Assembly (NCBI GenBank): GCA_019115945.1
Contig: DXCO01000040.1
Coordinates: 40,758 to 104,757 of the forward strand
Source of the DNA: Candidatus Borkfalkia excrementavium
GTDB lineage: Bacteria > Bacillota > Clostridia > Christensenellales > Borkfalkiaceae
Length of the DNA stretch: 64,000 nucleotides
Reading direction: 5' to 3'
A model generated the notes under the pieces. The model did not search any database, was not told the DNA's origin, and worked only from the letters and a program-made list of their open reading frames with translations. Positions 61,167 through 64,000 of this stretch are shown piece after piece (the first letter of the stretch is position 1; each line of letters starts with the position of its first letter). Position numbers and translations under genes: made by a program.

Positions 61167-62228
61167 TCAGGCGGTAAACAGATAGACGAAGTAACCGGCG
61201 TAGCACAGGATCATGAACACGCCCGCAAATTTACCCAGTTTATGCCCCTTGAACAGTGCGAGCAGGTATAAAACCGCGGCAGCGCCGAGCGCGACGCATG
61301 CGTCGATCAGATTTCCCGTCGTAAAAGCGAGCGGATAAAAGAGGGAGGATACGCCCGCCACAACGAATATGTTGAAGATATTGCTTCCGATGACGTTGCC
61401 GACGGCGATATCCGTCTCTTTTTTGAGCGCGGCGACGACGGAGGTGACGAGTTCGGGCAGCGAAGTGCCAATGGCGACGATGGTAAGACCGATGATGCGC
61501 TCGGATACGCCGAACCGTTCCGCAATGTCCCTTGCCGAATTGACAAGGAGCGTGCCGCCCCCGACGACCATGCCGAGCCCCACGACGATGAGCAGGATCA
61601 AAAACCACTTCTTATCCGACATCTTCCGATACCACAGTTTCGCGCGCTTTCCGAAGGAGAGCGCGCTTTTTTGCTCTTCGGAAATTTCACTCTGCGCAGC
61701 AATTTCGCCCTCCGCCGCCTCCGGCGAGCCGAAAAGCGCGTCGGAGAGAACGCCTTCCGCCTTGAGAAGCCTTTGCTTTTTCATCGCGGTGCGCAACAAC
61801 ACGAACATATAGCCCGCAAACACGGCGAGCATGATGAGCCCGTCCCACCATTGCAGAGCGCTGCCCCAATACCCGAGGCCGATGATCAGAACGCTTGCGA
61901 GCAGCAGCACGGGAAGATCGAGTTTCAGGGAACCTTTCTGCACGGGAAGATCGTGCATGAGCGCGGACAGACCCAAAATGAGCAGAATATTGACGATGTT
62001 GCTTCCGACCACGTTCCCGATGGCGATGTCCGTGGATTTCTGGATGGCGGAGGTGACGGAAACGGCAAGTTCCGGCATGCTTGTACCGAACGCGACGACG
62101 GTCAAACCGATCACGAGCGGAGAAATTTTACAGAGCCGCGCCGTACCCGCTCCGCCGTCCACGAACCAATCCGCACCCTTTACGAGAAGCGCCAGCCCGA
62201 TCACGAGCAATACGATATCCAAAGCCAT
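61167..62228 (-). CDS. Calcium/sodium antiporter (YrbG/CaCA family)
   Basis: Two alpha repeats GTSMPE...GNVVGSN and GTSLPE...GNVIGSN. Confidence 0.93.
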   Translation of the reverse strand: MALDIVLLVIGLALLVKGADWFVDGGAGTARLCKISPLVIGLTVVAFGTSMPELAVSVTSAIQKSTDIAIGNVVGSNIVNILLILGLSALMHDLPVQKGSLKLDLPVLLLASVLIIGLGYWGSALQWWDGLIMLAVFAGYMFVLLRTAMKKQRLLKAEGVLSDALFGSPEAAEGEIAAQSEISEEQKSALSFGKRAKLWYRKMSDKKWFLILLIVVGLGMVVGGGTLLVNSARDIAERFGVSERIIGLTIVAIGTSLPELVTSVVAALKKETDIAVGNVIGSNIFNIFVVAGVSSLFYPLAFTTGNLIDACVALGAAAVLYLLALFKGHKLGKFAGVFMILCYAGYFVYLFTA

Positions 62229-62291
62229 AATTTTTTATCCTCTGTAAGTATGGACGCATCCTGCGCAGCGCATACGCCGGCCGCGCCTCGG

Positions 62292-62327
62292 TAAAAAAAT
62301 CCGCCGCACTGTTTTTTGCGCGGCGGT
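62292..62327 (-). terminator. Terminator after esterase gene
   Basis: CCGCCGCGC...GTGCGGCGG followed by ATTTTTTT on the minus strand. Confidence 0.65.
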
Positions 62328-62334
62328 ACCTTCA

Positions 62335-63177
62335 TCATCTGACCCGGAAGCCGAGGCCTTCGAGGAATCCGACGGAGAGAGAGATCCAGTTTCTGATATG
62401 CCCGCAAGCGGGAAAAACTTCGCCGAGCACCTCTCTGTCGCAGGTGGACAGGCCGTGCCCTCCCTCGCGGAAAAGGTGCATCTCTGCGGGCACGCCCGCT
62501 TTGACGTACGCCTCGTACAGCCGCACCGAATTGAGGACAGGAACGCCGTCGTCCGCCGTCGTCGACCAGATAAACGCGGGCGAACACGAAGGGCGTACTT
62601 TCTTTTCTATGGAATAATTTTCAAAGGGAACTTTGTCCTTGCAGAAATTTACAAACGATCCGCGGTGCCAGATCTCTTCGTCCGACGAAATGACCGCATA
62701 AGAATATACGGAAGCGTCGGGACGGACGAGCGCGCAATCTTCCCCGAACTTTTCGCGGATCGCGGGATCGTCCCACAGCGTGCTGATACAGCCCAGAAGA
62801 TGCCCGCCGGCGGAAAAGCCGATCGCGGCGACCTGATTCTTTTCGATGCCGAAACGGTCCGCATTCTTGCGTATGTAGATCATCGCCATCGCCGCTTCCA
62901 GAATCTGAGAGGGATAGCAGCAGTCGGGCGCGACGTCATAATCGAGTACGAACGCATGATAGCCGCGGTTCAGATACTCGAGCGCGACAGGTTCGCCCTC
63001 CCGATCGGATACGACCGCATAGCCGCCGCCCGGGATCACGAGCATGGCGGGCCGGGCCTTGATATAAGCGGGGTCGCCGCCTATAGGGTCGCGCATGTAT
63101 GACGTGAGGATCCCCTTGCTCTCTTTGTTTCTCTTTATGCCGAAATATTCGAACAGATCCGTCTTTTCCGTTATCAT
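62335..63177 (-). CDS. Alpha/beta hydrolase (acetyl esterase/BD-FAE-like)
   Basis: PGGGY, GFSAGGH, D..V, HG motifs. Confidence 0.9.
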   Translation of the reverse strand: MITEKTDLFEYFGIKRNKESKGILTSYMRDPIGGDPAYIKARPAMLVIPGGGYAVVSDREGEPVALEYLNRGYHAFVLDYDVAPDCCYPSQILEAAMAMIYIRKNADRFGIEKNQVAAIGFSAGGHLLGCISTLWDDPAIREKFGEDCALVRPDASVYSYAVISSDEEIWHRGSFVNFCKDKVPFENYSIEKKVRPSCSPAFIWSTTADDGVPVLNSVRLYEAYVKAGVPAEMHLFREGGHGLSTCDREVLGEVFPACGHIRNWISLSVGFLEGLGFRVR

Positions 63178-63364
63178 CTTTCCACTCCTTTTCAGGTTTC
63201 GGCGGCAGACACCGCCGCAGGGCTTGTCCCTTTTGCCCTCGATCTATTTCAATGCGGCGTTTTGTTCCGTTCTCCGCATCCTCTATATTTTAATGGAAAA
63301 AGACGAAAAAGTCAATCGCTGGAAACGGCTTTTCTCTCCCCTTTAATATAAAACGGGAAAGCAT

Positions 63365-63694
63365 TTATTCGTATTCTTCGAAACTGCGCCTTCCCTCCGG
63401 TCTTTCGGGCTGGCAGTATTCTTCGTAATGCGGCTTCTTACAGGGGCGGTCGGGCTTGGGGGAAGATTTCAGATCTACTAAAACGACGTCCGCGCCGATC
63501 TTGACGATACTCTTCAGGGAAATGAACATATCGTTATTTTTGAACAGGCGCAGTCCCCTGCCGCCCGGCACGACGATCCCGAGCACCCGCCCTTCGGGAT
63601 AGGTAAAAACGACGTCGTTCGTCTTTCCCAGATTCCGCCCGTCCGTGACGTTGACGACAAATTTGCATTTGAGTTCGCTGAAAGATGTTTCCAA
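63365..63694 (-). CDS. ylmC: YlmC/YmxH family sporulation protein (PRC barrel)
   Basis: TTG start behind AAGGAGG; SELKCK.VVNV.DGR.LG...D...G....IVVP...I.KIG.DVVLV. Confidence 0.88.
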   Translation of the reverse strand: METSFSELKCKFVVNVTDGRNLGKTNDVVFTYPEGRVLGIVVPGGRGLRLFKNNDMFISLKSIVKIGADVVLVDLKSSPKPDRPCKKPHYEEYCQPERPEGRRSFEEYE

Positions 63695-63760
63695 AGCGCG
63701 CCCTCCTTCGGTCGAGCCGATGGCCGTTTCGGCAAGAAACGGTAAAATCGTATCTCTTAC

Positions 63761-63789
63761 ATTATATGCACGGCGGCGCAAGTTTGTGC
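63761..63789 (-). promoter_or_regulatory. Putative sigmaK/sigmaE-type sporulation promoter of ylmC
   Basis: GCACA-16bp-CATATAAT. Confidence 0.55.
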
Positions 63790-63835
63790 CTTTTTACGCT
63801 TTTCCTCTCCGTTTTCCCTCCTTGCCGCAAAACGC

Positions 63836-63866
63836 AAAAACGGAGCGCCCTTTCGGGGCGCTCCGC
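63836..63866 (-). terminator. Terminator after Fe-ADH
   Basis: CGGAGCGCCC/GGGCGCTCCG stem with T tract on the minus strand. Confidence 0.75.
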
Positions 63867-63883
63867 TCTGTATCTGCAGAATA

Positions 63884-64000
63884 TCAGAAATCCACTTCGG
63901 TATCGTAATAGCAGCACTTGAGAAGTTTTTCCATCTCTTCGACGGAGGGCTGACGGGGATTGGAACCCGTGCAGGCATCGCCGATGGCATTGACCGCAAT
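63884..64000 (-). CDS. Iron-containing alcohol dehydrogenase, C-terminal fragment (runs off right edge)
   Basis: Hand translation IAVNAIGDACTGSNPRQPSVEEMEKLLKCCYYDTEVDF*; the D.CT..NPR motif ends Fe-ADH/butanol dehydrogenases. Confidence 0.8.
   Translation of the reverse strand: MAVNAIGDACTGSNPRQPSVEEMEKLLKCCYYDTEVDF

Noticed and set aside
62229-62334. Possible Na+/Mn2+ riboswitch upstream of the CaCA antiporter
   Set aside because: Only a terminator and a weak hairpin are visible; no yybP-ykoY or other recognisable consensus.

Overview
Core-chromosome segment of a spore-forming, moderately GC-rich Clostridia-class Firmicute. Gene content and style suggest a Christensenellales/Borkfalkia-like gut organism; this assignment is inference. 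Most genes lie on the minus strand. 1-10.8 kb is an accessory glycan-utilisation locus: DUF4091/GH123-like lipoprotein, sugar ABC SBP and two permeases, GH20, EamA transporter, GH109-like NAD-dependent glycosidase, glycerophosphodiester phosphodiesterase and a divergent DeoR. It is followed by a pruned pcrA-ligA-yicC-rpoZ-priA-def-fmt-rsmB-rlmN-rpe-thiN-spoVM cluster, rpsU, DUF1846-cvpA-prmA-rsmE-mtaB-HIT, radC-gltX-two-component system, pepV, yfbR, riboswitch-thiT, cadCA, feoAB-rluA, mnmA, pdaB-ssb, parE/parC-like topoisomerase genes, murG and ylmC. Four genes absent from the ORF track were recovered by hand: spoVM, rpsU, the partial lipoprotein at the left edge and the partial Fe-ADH at the right edge. 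No tRNA, rRNA, CRISPR array or transposase was seen. Main observations: (i) a TPP-class riboswitch upstream of thiT whose pyrophosphate-binding pocket is rewritten, a candidate thiamine/TMP-sensing variant; (ii) a putative GalNAc/phosphodiester-glycan catabolic locus; (iii) an atypical, apparently leaderless, sigmaE-type-driven feoAB-rluA operon ending in a 77-nt cloverleaf RNA; (iv) a membrane protein whose two termini resemble the two helices of ribosomal protein L29.
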